DNA from: Marsupella aquatica
Lineage: Eukaryota; Plantae; Marchantiophyta
Reading direction: 5' to 3'
Assembly: GCA_973895155.1 (NCBI GenBank)
Contig: OZ316895.1
Coordinates: forward strand, 24,619,538 to 24,683,537
Length of the DNA stretch: 64,000 nt
The position numbers were made by a program, and so were the translations under genes. A model generated the notes under the pieces. It did no database searches, was not told the DNA's origin, and worked only from the letters and a program-made list of their open reading frames with translations. Positions 50,738 through 62,563 of this stretch are shown here, one piece after another. Position 1 is the stretch's first letter. The number at the start of each line of letters is the position of its first letter.

Positions 50738-53221
50738 GCCGATAATATTGCGATGTTTGCTGATAATATCTCGACATCCGCTCTTGTAGTAGCAAACTCA
50801 AAGCAATGCCGTCGTGCACTGGGAAGCAGATGTACGCAAACATTAAACTTGCATCAGCCATACCTAGTTCTGTACGTAGCGACCGTGCTTTAACATATTA
50901 CCCTCGATCACCCTCGTCCCGTCTCGTTTTATTAAATTTGCATTCAGACTGCAAAGAAAAATCGCGCTCGCAAGAGTACGTCCTGCAGGATTGTAAGGTT
51001 GTAGGTTTCTGTTATTACTGAACTATGCACGACATATCTAAGTTTGTTTGTTAGTCATTACTGAACATTATCAATTACTGATATTTTCATACGATGACTT
51101 CGCATTCGTAGAAAGCATCTCCAAAAACTCACTGATTAACTGTAATTGCAGCTACCAATGAGTGAAAGCTCAATGGTTCTCGATGGCTCTCACTGCATCT
51201 ACCAATTGGTGAAAGACCTGATCTGTTAATCATTCAATGGGACATTCAATGCGGTGCTGGTCTCTTCAGTTTGTAGTCATGGTAGTGAGGACTATTACTG
51301 TCGTCAATCGAACACTTCTCATCATTGGCAAACACTTCATCGTGCGTCTCAATTTTTCGAGCAGAAATCGAATTTCAATGGCAAGCATTATACATTTCCC
51401 GAATTTGGCGTGAATGACTAGAAATTTTAAGAGTCCAGGGAGTAGTGAAGTTCGACGAAATTAGCGTGACGTACAGGAAATAAACACGTTTGGTAGGTAT
51501 CAAAGGAAATACTATTATAATTAATGGCCACACTGGATTTAATTAAGGCCCGGCACGCAACCGTTCCGAAAATAGCAATGCACATGGTAAAGAAAGTCAG
51601 AAAGTACCTTTTGACAAAATAATGTACAGTCAGTTTCTGAGTTTCATCAATCTCAGCGAGGACTTTTGTATACATCAGTTCTCTACCGGGCCCCTGGGTG
51701 TGTACAAACGCAAATTTCGGAGAAGCTGATGACCTGGCCCCATGTTCGTCTCCAGATGTCCTGGTCCACAGTCCACACCACATGCCGTAGCAGAGAATTC
51801 TGAACTTTCCCGCGTTTCGAGAATACCACTTGTCTGATTAGCACCTGAAGTAGCAGAGAAATTTCAAGTTGTTTGTCCTGTGTTTAGAACTTGATGCACT
51901 GGCTTCAAAATTACCATTCTCCGCCTCTTGGAGTCTTTTAGTAAAATTCTAGGAATATTTGCAGTATGTCAGGGAAATTTATTGGTGGCCTATTTCTGTT
52001 TGCAGTTGCCCAAGAAACTTCACTCCAACGTCAGCTAGAGCGACATTGTCCATCTCCAACTTCATATGTTTAGATTGTCATTATTATTATTATCTTTTCT
52101 CCCCCTCTCTCATAGCACTTCAAATTCTTATGGAGTCCATGTGTCATGATCTTACATGGACAATCTTGGTGATTTCTTTCCCATATTTTCTGCGAATGGT
52201 TGAATGCCACACCTAGAAACTGATATCTACTGCTTTTTCTGATTAGGTGGGCCTTGGCCCTTCCCAAAGCTATGCAGCGCTTTTTCGAATTAGTTTCTAG
52301 TAAGATCTGCACCTTACTAGCAGGAGGTGATGACACCAGACACCAGCCAGCTCAGCTTACGTAAGTTATTTGTCACATGTTGCACGGTGGAATAATTAAG
52401 GTTACAAATATTTACTAAGATGCATATAGGGCCATGCTTATCCTGTGAAACCTCAAAACAAAACCCTCACCAACACTCGTGTCGTGATGATCGTCTGTAG
52501 GTTCGATGATTATTATCTAATGCAACGCTATTGGAGGACGTGTGAACGTCCTATCCATGTCCGTGGCATTCACAAGACACAGGATGCACTCTTCGTTATT
52601 CTACCGAGAAGAAGGTACTGTACTGCCATTTGACTACGCACATTTGAAATGAGCAGAGCGTTGAAGTTTTTGTGTCTGTTCAAAGCGTCATGGCTCTTCT
52701 TCTTTTTCCAACCTTAAATCATCATAAATATGTTTTGGGGGCTTTTGTGAGCTAAACATCACAATAACACTGACTCCCACAATTCAGGCAAACTGTCCTC
52801 GGGACTGCTTTGGGTAGAGCGAATTGTGAGAAGGATAAATAAACTCCAAATTTTGATAACCTTTTCTAGAGTTAAGGAGGTTTTGCATAGGTTTGGTGCC
52901 AAAAAAAATGTTTTTTTATTTATCATACTTAAAGTTAAGAATCAAATTCAAATTCTTCGGTTGTACCTTTTCACTCTTTGCCTCACAAGCAAAAAAATAT
53001 ATAATAGGAAATGTTTTTGAGTGAATTTCCAAGTAATTGTGCAAAATCAAATGGCTATACGGTAAGCGTGAGTAAATATTTGTATCCGGCTTACTTTAAT
53101 CTAAAGCCCTCTTACGAGGCATTGTCCTCAGAAAAAGCACCTTGGGCAGATCCCTGTTCTGTCGCTTTACTCAGGGCGATGCTCTTGTGCTGGATGGCTT
53201 CACCTATTCTTTCCTTGAAAA

Positions 53222-53935
53222 GAGCTCCACCTAATTTTAATTATCACGAGAGTCGTGTCAATCATCACACGTTATCTACAGTAACGGGCATTAACCCGGG
53301 GATGGATAATTCTCTCCTTGATAAGAGCTTCACCTAATTTCGATTATTATGAGAGTCGTGACAATCATCATCATCACACGGTATCTACAGTTGAGGAAAG
53401 GACTTAACAGGACCCTCTAAGATCTCCTGGTCCCCTGGACTTAACAGACCCCTATGTGACAAAAAGACTTAATAGGACCCTTGTGCCTACCTATTTTGCT
53501 CAGATCTTGATGGCATTGACTTAATAGGACCCTTGTGCCTACCTATTTTGCTCAGATCTTGATGGCATTTTATTCACAAGGGTCTGGTTAAGTCCAGAAG
53601 ATGCCAGAGGGGTCCTGTTAAGTCTTTGTTTGTCTACAGTGATTGGCACTATAACCAGGGGATGGGGATGCTTTTTTTATTTGTTGTTTTGTTTTTTTGC
53701 CTTGAAAAACCAGAAGAATGGGGCTTTGGATGGGGATGCTCTTAGAATGACTTCCCCGTGAGTTCTCATCAAAATGTGAGCATATACTCTGTATTGTCAC
53801 TTCATACCATCATATTCATTGAAGTCACATTTTTTGGTGTACAATTTCGAGTGTGAGTTGGGCCTGCACTTAATCTTGATTATCATGAGAGTCGTGTCAA
53901 ATCTTCACAGATAACAAGTATGTACAGTGATTGGA
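53222..53935. repeat. Three degenerate copies of a ~60-70-bp unit (..TAATT..ATTATCA.GAGAGTCGTGTCAATC...TACAGT)
   Basis: Copies near 53222, 53325 and 53867. Confidence 0.7.
53392..53632. mobile_element. Small MITE-like element (241 bp) with 8-bp TSD, hAT-like
   Basis: Near-terminal inverted repeats GACTTAACAGGACCC / GGGTCCTGTTAAGTC. TSD TCTACAGT at 53384-53391 and 53633-53640. Internal 51-bp duplication. The third host-repeat copy shows the empty site TACAGTGATTGG (~53923-53934). Confidence 0.65.
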
Positions 53936-54711
53936 AAATAGTAATTAGCAGTACAGTCCGAAGTTGGGGATGGACGCCCTTTAGATTGTGTGTTAGGCCA
54001 GATGTTCCGTGGGCACCCTCCACTTCCGCTTCTCTTTGAGGCAGAAAAGGATTGCTTTGTCAGAACGAGAGGAAACGGAACGTAAGATATCAAGTATCTT
54101 CAGACCAGGACCTCTGCTTGGGGTTTAATTAATTAAACGAACTTCTCAACCAGCTGTGCCAACACAACAGAGTGTGAGAGAGATACTTTTTGGTACCCCG
54201 AGAGAGTGTCGTTTAGGTTTGGCGGTACCGGTATGGGATCGACTGTACTTCAGCATGGCTGTTATTTAAGTAAAACACCAAACTTCAGCAGTTTGCTAGA
54301 CGGAAGCACGCTGCACTATTTCCATGGTGCCTAAAGATTCAGCGCATTCTGACATTCACCCAGTTCCCGTTCACTGGGATGTCATAAGTGCAGAATAGGA
54401 GCTCTCCTGCCACTTCCCGCGTGCAATAATAATTACAGGAAGACGTGATTGTACGGTTCCGTATAGAGAAATTGTGCAAAATTATCTGGCTAATAGTTAT
54501 GAAGTACTGTCAGCACAATCATGATTCATCCGTTTCATGAATGGACAGTCCACTGATTCAGTATTATTATTGTAGTCGCACGTCGAAGACTCGAAGAGAG
54601 AATTGCAGCACGTGCTTCTTTTCCTCACTCGGACAGAGAAGTCCTTCACATAAGGGTATCTCAAAAACTGGGCATCTCAAAAGTGGCATCTCAAAAGTGG
54701 CTGCGGGACAA

Positions 54712-54775
54712 AGTTATGTATTAGGGTAATGCAGGTCTGGGCGAGTTATGTATTAGGGTAATGCAGGTCTGGGCG
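54712..54775. repeat. 32-bp tandem duplication AGTTATGTATTAGGGTAATGCAGGTCTGGGCG
   Basis: Read directly twice. Confidence 0.85.
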
Positions 54776-55216
54776 CAGGGTTACTAGGCTGTAACCCTGC
54801 GTCCGGAATATGAAAAGAAACTGGCAGCCGGGAAGCTTCTTTGAATATTCTGGGAGCAGGTTACAACCTATAACCTCAGCCCTGCCTTGCATTAGCGTAC
54901 TTAACTCCTGCCCGGAAAGAGGTTACCGACTCAACTTTTCAGGACACCAGATTATGACTATAGCAGGCCCCTGTAGAAATGGTTACACACCGGTAATCTC
55001 TTCTCCTGACAAGATTTACGGCCTCATGGTTCATCAAGTAAACGTGGTTACAAGACCCCGCTTCGAGAATTCAAAAACGGGGGAGGGAGCTAGAACCCAC
55101 CCCATAAGGCAGGTGTTAGGGCCTGGTAAGGTTGCATAACTTTCAACTTGTTACTCACTTGTTTCTGTTGGAGTCCTAGGAGGCAATAGGCTAATAGCAT
55201 TCTTGAAAGTCTAGGG

Positions 55217-56210
55217 GAGATATATGCTTGATGGCCCCCTGGTGAACCTTTCTTACCTGATGGGCCCTAGGTAACTTTTTTTACCAAGTAGGACCCCTCT
55301 TAATGACCAGTACACCAGTTCTTGTGTGGTGCCTACACCTGTCCTTGTGTGGTGCCTACTATTATGGTGACTCCAAGCAAACTGCACAGTTGAACCGTGT
55401 GGTCAACCTTGCATGGTCGACCGAGAAACCACGGAGATGATTCAGGAGAAACTGCGAAAAGCGACGGCCGCTGTCGAAACTATGATTTGAAGACAATATG
55501 CATATGTCTTCGGATTCAATGGGTTAATGCCTGAAGACTCAATGGATTATGTCTTCCCGTGTTTCAAGGTTTAGGGTTTAGGGTGTACCCCGACACCTTT
55601 GGGTCTGTCTTCTTTTGAAATTGTTTGTATGCATTGCACAGGGAATATTACTATTTTTTGAGCGCAATTGTCAATCATTTGCCAATTTTTGTTGTGGCGG
55701 CAGTAGGCAAATTCTGAACATTGAACTTGAATATTCTTTGTGGACATTTGGAGGTACCCCACACTGACGCTGACAGTCGTGCATGAAAACATCATGAAAA
55801 ACCCATGTGCGCAACGTGAAAAACATACCTAATAACTACCCCATGATACGGTAAAAATTTGAACCTGAAGACATAATCCATTGTGTCTTCAGGCATTAAC
55901 CCAGTGACTCCGAAGACATAATGCATATTGTCTTCAAATCGCAGTTTCGACAGCGGCAGTCACTTTTCGCGGTTTCTCCCGAATAATCTTTGTGGTTTCT
56001 TGGTCGACCATGTAAAGTCGACCGCACGGTTCAACTGTGCAGTTTGCTTGGAGTCACCATACATAGTAGGCACCACACAAGGACAGGTGTAGGCACCACA
56101 CAAGAACAGGTATACTGGTCATTAAGAGGGGTCCTACTTGGTAAAAAAAGTTACCTAGGGGCCCATCAGGTAAGAAAGGTTCACCAGGGGGCCCATCAAG
56201 CATATATCTC
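55217..56210. mobile_element. Non-autonomous MULE-like foldback element, copy B (inverted relative to copy A)
   Basis: Same GAGATATATGCTTGATGG TIRs. The core is the reverse complement of the copy A core (TTTAGGGTTTAGGG at 55570-55583). Flanks AAGTCTAGGG / GAGTTTGGGG match at 7/10. Confidence 0.9.
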
Positions 56211-56789
56211 GAGTTTGGGGAGATGAGGTGATCACTACCAATGGGTAATTGTAACGTGCAAGCAAACAGTAAAAATTTTACTCGCACGAGCAACAAAAAT
56301 ATTTTGCATGACCCCTATTTTTCTACATGCAACTGCCTCGCTATCAACTACCTGGTTGGTAACATCCCTTTTGGGGACTCCCTTTTTGCTAGCAAGCTCG
56401 CTAGCCATCTGGAGTCTTTAAAAAAACACCAAAAATGTAAAAGGCACCAAAAAGCAACTGAAATTTGGAGCCATTATTGTCTCGCTATCAAAATCTACTA
56501 GCTATCAAAATCTCCTGTTTGCTCGCAACATAGAATACCTCACTACCAATAAGTTGGGATCTAATTGTTGTATCACCTCCTTCAAATCACTGATGTGATT
56601 AAACCACAACTGCCCTTCAAAAGCTGAGGGTTACCTGTATTTACCATTAAAAGGAGATTTTTCCTGAAGTTGTGGAGCAAACAGGCATGCTAGAGGAGAA
56701 CAATGATTGAAATGTGGAAAAAGGGGAAGTTGTGGTTTAAGATAAGGTAATCTTCAATCCATGATTCCCTGATGCACCTGAATACTCAG

Positions 56790-57030
56790 ACTATCCATTC
56801 AAGCAAGAGGTGAGGTATTCCTAGGTCAAACTCAAGGTTATATCTTTCTTCCTGGTAATGGAATGGCTGATCTACAGGAGGATAAGGAGATAGTTGAGCG
56901 GTCCCTTTGTTAGTTCAAAAGATTGGCAGCAAGTTCTCCATGTGGAAATCTCATTCATGGAGGCAAACGCCTACTAATCACCTTATTAACAATTGAACCT
57001 AATTCTTCAAGGTTACATCCAAGCATAGCC
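56790..57030 (+). mobile_element. Possible degenerate LINE RT C-terminal remnant
   Basis: FLG followed by EIVER..KRLAASSPCGNLIHGGKRLLITLL resembles the L1 YLG...RLxxWKGxxLSxGGRLxLI segment; heavily decayed. Confidence 0.3.
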
Positions 57031-57557
57031 AGCTATTGGTGCATTTGTGAGTACTGTACCAAAATCAGTAAAAATTGGGCTATGATTCATGTCATGTAAT
57101 CATGTTCAAACAATTTAAACAGTTGTCACTTTGGCCTAGTACAAGTGAGAGGTTACCATCATTAGGATAATTTTCAATCTCTGCAGAGCAATGTATCTAT
57201 CATTGAAAGGGTCTGGTCAAGTCCTAAACCTATCTTTGGTGTCCATCAAGCAGGGCCTGGTCAAGTCCTTAGTCAATCTTTGGTGTCCATAAGTCCTCAG
57301 GCAAAGAACCTTGCCAGACCTTGTGGCAAAGAACCTCAGGTCTTCCAAGAATTATGGATCATCTTCAGATTCTGCAAGGTTATTGGACCCTATTAGTTTG
57401 ATGGGAAACGGAAGCCTAGATTTATCACCACTTTTTGCCAGACAACCTCAGTCTACCGAAGTTTATGGAGCATATTCGGGTCCTGCAAGCTCCATATTGG
57501 ACCCTATCAGTGATGGGAAACATGAGCCTGGATGTATCAACACACCTGAGGTCATCT

Positions 57558-57700
57558 AAGATCTATGGAGCATCTTAGATAGATTTTGCAGACTTAAGGA
57601 CTTTCAAGATTTATGGATCATCTTAGATAGATTTTGCAGACTTAAGGACTTTCAAGATCTATGGAGCATCTTCGGTAGATTTTGCAAGTTTAAAGACTTT
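57558..57700. repeat. 48-bp tandem repeat x3 (AAGATCTATGGAGCATCTTAGATAGATTTTGCAGACTTAAGGACTTTC)
   Basis: Three adjacent units, with more diverged relatives near 57348 and 57459. Confidence 0.85.
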
Positions 57701-60140
57701 TGCTAGTTTTGTCTTTGCATTTTTCTTAGTATTTTATATTCTACAATTTATACACCTTGCTACTGTAGGAGGTACTTATTCAATGCATTATCAATAGAGG
57801 AATATATGCAACTCGAAATATTAAGAAGTTGCCGTATAAAACCAAATAACGGCCTGAAATACTCACTGTGGTTTTAATGTCTACTTCCTTCTTTACAAGG
57901 TTGCTGCACCTTTAAGCAATCTCCCCCAAATGGTAATAACGAGCTTTTAGTACCATTTTTTTGAAAGGGATTCTCAATAGTTTAGAAGCTAAAGAGTTGT
58001 CTACTAGAAAAATCACATGTCCGGATAGAAGTGGGGCCAACACTTTGTAAAGGAAGAAGGGGTGAGTAGAAGACAGTTTGTAAATGAATAAGCATTGAAA
58101 CACAAGTACCAAGTCACCCAAAACCAATTTATTCTTGCTTTAAAGTGGATATTAGACAATTCATTCAAACTCTAAAAAGAAAATTAATGATTAATCCTCT
58201 TGAACCCGAAACATTTCCAGACAAAATGTTTTACGTTTCGGGATGGACCCTTCACACTTTTAGGTACTTCAGACTTCAGCCATGTTACTTTTTTTGTCTC
58301 TTTCCAAAATTCACTGACTCGAGTGTTTTAGTTTCTGGTTAGAGACGTTCCGGGCCATTATGTTCCCTCAAATTTGGACTAAACTCCTGGTTTGTACTTC
58401 AAGATGAACATGCTATATGGAATCTAAGCTCACTGAGCCCATGGAACAATAGTTGTGATGCCAAAATCAATGCATGCAATTCCTGCCCCCACCTTCACCA
58501 TTGCAGTGCAACTCCTCTTCACCCGACCACAAATCTTGACTAGCAATGGGGCTGGCACTTGAATTTCCATAAAGGGAGGGGCACACCCACACAAAGGTGG
58601 GCGCTAGGGTGCGGGACCATGCTGACATGGTCAAGGGCAAACAACGGGGTACAAGTGACAACAATGTATGTAAGAATACTGAAATTGTGCCCAGAGAGGC
58701 ATGCTGTGTGATAGCTCACTTGAGTAGTGACTCTTGGGTTCAAAAGTTGTGACAGACTCATTTCCCCTTTAAAATAAAATAAATTAAGTACTGAAATTGC
58801 AACCGTCTACCAAAACCCACAACATTCATGGTGGGCCGCTTTTCAAACTCTGGCAAATGCTGGTTAAACTTGTGGCAGTTTCGTTGATGAAGAATGATGG
58901 AATAATACAGTGCTAATTCCTGTAAGGACCATGGCAACTGGACAAAACTCAAGTCTTTGTTATACACAAATTGCACCTCAGCCTTCTCATCCTTAGGGTC
59001 TTGAAATTTAGCAACAGAAAGAAAGCAACAGTCGGAATCACAAGTTCCTTGCGTCTGCTAGTGATGGAAACCTGAGTCGCGGTACGTAGGTGGTATTATC
59101 ATCATCTCGTGGGGAGATAGTCCAACACTGATGAGACCCCGTATCATTCACTGTCAACAAAAGTATATACTTGAAGAAACACTCAGTCGCTTGGCACAGA
59201 TTGGATCCAGCAGTGACTCAATTACCCAAATAGGTTTCTCGGGTTGCTCAGTTCTCACGCATCAGGTTGATTTGAAGGGGACTCGACAGTAGATTCGATG
59301 GCTTTGATGAGGTCAGTCAGTCACGTTCCCTTTCCACATTAGACGAGAAAAGGAGATCGTAGCTCGCAGGTCTGGCAAATGAGATTCTTAGCAGACCTTT
59401 AAAGGGCGGGGAAAACTTGCAACTATGAGGTTAGTATGGAGAAGTTACGGCCAGCCATGATTCTCTGTCGTAGAGAATGATGTCCTGACTTCAGGACTGT
59501 CAATTTTACTGGCACTGAATGCCACAACACCGCTGCCAGGCAGCTCTTTCTGAAAGCGGTCCCCTGAGCCTATAATTGGGCACTGGCGGTCCAGTTTGAA
59601 ACCAGAAGCAAGCCATTGCACGCGAGATAGCTTTCCGAGACAGAATTTGCGCAAAATCTTGCACGCCTGTGGCAAAACAACCAACGGTCAGTTGGTCCCG
59701 ACTTTTAAAATCTTTTCTGTCACACAAGCGCATCGTTGCATCTCCCATTCTCCCACTCTCCCAGCCCCCTCCCCACCCAGGAACCTGAGCCTCGGTTTTT
59801 GTATCCTCCCCCCAACTCGATCCTGCTGCATGGACCGTTGAACAGTCTGGCAATGGTGTCGGCCGTACTAGTTCAATCTGGAGCAGTCAAATTATTCGCC
59901 ACCGTGCAGAATCCTCCGTAACAATGCCAGGAGCCGGGACCGGTCTATTTCTGTCCTGATTAGGTCGGTATTCCCGCAGCCGGGACCATATCGTAGCATT
60001 GTCTCAGAACGGAGCCCAGACCATCGAGGATTGTGTCCCAGCCTTATCAACAGCTAGCCTGATCGAGGCAGATTGTCATGCATTGCCAACCCACCCTTCA
60101 AAATGAATTGCTCCCCTGGCCCTCCTTCACGTTAGCTCCT

Positions 60141-60150
60141 TCCTATAAGT
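60141..60150 (+). promoter_or_regulatory. Putative TATA box of HMA copy 5
   Basis: CCTATAAGTA ~470 bp upstream of the ATG; CCGTAC at 59863-59868. Confidence 0.35.
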
Positions 60151-60612
60151 ACTCGATCCGCTTCATTTTGGTGCATGTCAAACAGCAGCCAGACTCATCG
60201 GCATTGGTGTGGAACGTCTCCAGGGAGCTTGTTTCTCCGGTTTGTCGGTTTGAGTCATGATCACATTGTGACGCAGTCATTGCCCATGCTCGCTCGTCTT
60301 TGCTTTGCTCGTATTCTATCTGCACTAGCAGTGGTGCTCATTCAACAGCCCTTTCAATTCTCGTCTACATTGGTGCAGCTTGGATAGACATTTCCAGAAC
60401 GAGAAAGGGAGAATTGCTCTCATTTTGACTCATTGATTTCGAGTTCTACATACGATCAGTGGTCACCAAGTCATTCCCATCGCTCGGTCGACTTCTCCCT
60501 ACGTCCAGCGTAGTAACCACTCTCAATTCCTTCGATTCAGTGTTACTTCAAAGATCAGATATTTTCCTTTCATTGTCAATTTGTTGCAGCAGCACTCACG
60601 GCCATTGCCCAA

Positions 60613-61248
60613 ATGATGTCCGTGAACGAGCTTTTCTACGGGAATCAGCCCACACCAACACAGTTGGTCAAGGGTACCCCCGCTCAGGTGAAGCACCAAC
60701 ATGCACCGTATGGCACGCGCTCCCCAATTTCGCATGAGACCACCTTCTCGAGAGATGATCACCATGAAGTAAAGCAAGCACGCAGCCGGAATTATGCCAA
60801 TCCTTCCAACCTCAATTCCTACACCTCCAGATATCAGCTGGATTCCCAGCTGCCAGTCGACGGCAGATACACCTCAGATTCGGTCTACATCTCCACTTCC
60901 GCTCAAGATTACGACGACTCGACCGGTTTCATGGGTCCCAATCAACGTCGATCGAATTTCAGTGCAGATTTCTCCTCCCCAAGTTACAGTGGTCATAGCA
61001 GTCGAGGGGGCAACTCAAAGCCAGTTTTGACCTGGGTAGAGTTAAAAGTTCCCATTTGTTGCGAGGCGTGTGTGGAAAGATTAAATAGCCATCTCCTGGA
61101 TCTTCGAGGAGTGGAAACGGTGACCTGTGATCAGCGTAAGCAGAGGGTGGTTGTCAGGGGCACCGCTGCTGCAGGTGACGTACTAAAGCTGTGCAAGAAA
61201 CTTTTCAAACGCTCGGAGTTTTGGCGCTATCAGTGTGATTGGTTGTAA
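60613..61248 (+). CDS. HMA domain protein, HPP-like, copy 5 (211 aa, intronless CDS, Ser/Tyr-rich N-terminus)
   Basis: VELKVPICCEACVERLNSHLLDLRGVETVTCDQRKQRVVVRG...LFKRSEFW. N-terminal NELFY motif; ends CDWL. Confidence 0.92.
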   Translation: MMSVNELFYGNQPTPTQLVKGTPAQVKHQHAPYGTRSPISHETTFSRDDHHEVKQARSRNYANPSNLNSYTSRYQLDSQLPVDGRYTSDSVYISTSAQDYDDSTGFMGPNQRRSNFSADFSSPSYSGHSSRGGNSKPVLTWVELKVPICCEACVERLNSHLLDLRGVETVTCDQRKQRVVVRGTAAAGDVLKLCKKLFKRSEFWRYQCDWL

Positions 61249-62122
61249 ATACATTTCCATCGTCAACTCCGACCGATCCAGCAGCACCTACACTGCAGTC
61301 TGTACTTCAAATTATTGGTCAGCAAGCTAGCTGACGCCTGGGATGATATTGTCCAAGATGGAGCTGTGAAATTGCTTCCTCAAAAGATCCAACCGTTACA
61401 GGAAAGCTGAGGCGCTGGATTTTCCAGCCCATCGTGGAACTATGAGACCGCTTTCGTCGAAAGGGTCTCGTACTGTATAAGAACGGCCGGAAACATCACG
61501 GGGCATGGACGGTTTTTCGTTTCCACTACGAGGAGAAGGCATTGTCTTCGTATGAACACACTTAGGCTTGCTAAGGGGTTTTACAAGTCCAAGGATAAGT
61601 TGGGAGGCTAATCTGCTACCAGGGCTGGCATACAGGAAACACAAAATGGCCTACACTATTCTATCTAAGTGGTCGAGGTGGTCATGGTTGCAGCTTATAG
61701 AGGCGGTGGTTTTATCTCGATTATACGTCTTGTTGCCATCCCAATGCATGTTGTACCTGAACAGTCGTCAAAGTATACTTTAGTTGGTCTGTTAACCAAG
61801 AACTGATATTCCCAGAATTCATCCTGGCTTGCTTATCGCACAATTTTGTGGGTGTACATCAATACTTTGCAAGGCATCTGACAATGAGTGCCTGCCCAGT
61901 GCACTGATCTGAGAAAAGAGTACTCTACTGTCAGTTGTGGCACAACGTCAAAAACTCACGGTAAAAGGCTTAGACCCTCGCAGGTTCTGTTAATAATCTA
62001 TTTACTTTAATATTTTGTCATTGCCAATCATGACCCGATTCTTGGATCAGTTTTGAAATATTGTTACGGTTCTGCGTGTGTGCATACTTTTGAAAAGGTC
62101 CCAGGCTCCTTTTGTTATGTTG

Positions 62123-62251
62123 TGCAGAGATGGCCAGATAATGTTTTCTGAAACCATTTGCTCCATTGCCAATGAGTGCAGAGATGACCAAATAATGTTT
62201 TCTGAAACCATTTGCTCCATTGCAAATGAGTGCAGAGATGGCCAAATAATC
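62123..62251. repeat. 54-bp tandem repeat x2.4
   Basis: GCAGAGATG.CCA.ATAATGTTTTCTGAAACCATTTGCTCCATTGC.AATGAGT units. Confidence 0.85.
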
Positions 62252-62321
62252 TAAACTAACCACCACGCACTATTCACTTTTATGAAGATTGCGCTTCGTA
62301 CTTTGACACACGCACCAACTT

Positions 62322-62432
62322 ACCACTTTTTGAAAGGTTGCTTCATTTTAGTAAAGGATGCCCTGAGTAATTTGTGAACCACTTTTTGAAAGGTTGCTTC
62401 ATTTTTGTGAAGGATGCCATGAGTAATTTGTG
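62322..62432. repeat. 56-bp tandem duplication
   Basis: ACCACTTTTTGAAAGGTTGCTTCATTTT.GT.AAGGATGCC.TGAGTAATTTGTG occurs twice. Confidence 0.85.
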
Positions 62433-62563
62433 CGGGCCACTACTTACCACCGTGCATATTACTGGAAACCAGCTAATAGCTATAAAGAATGTTATCCAAA
62501 CAGATTTTGATGTCAATTCCTTCCGAAACACATGGTGGCTTCATAGCAGACCCCTCGTGCATC

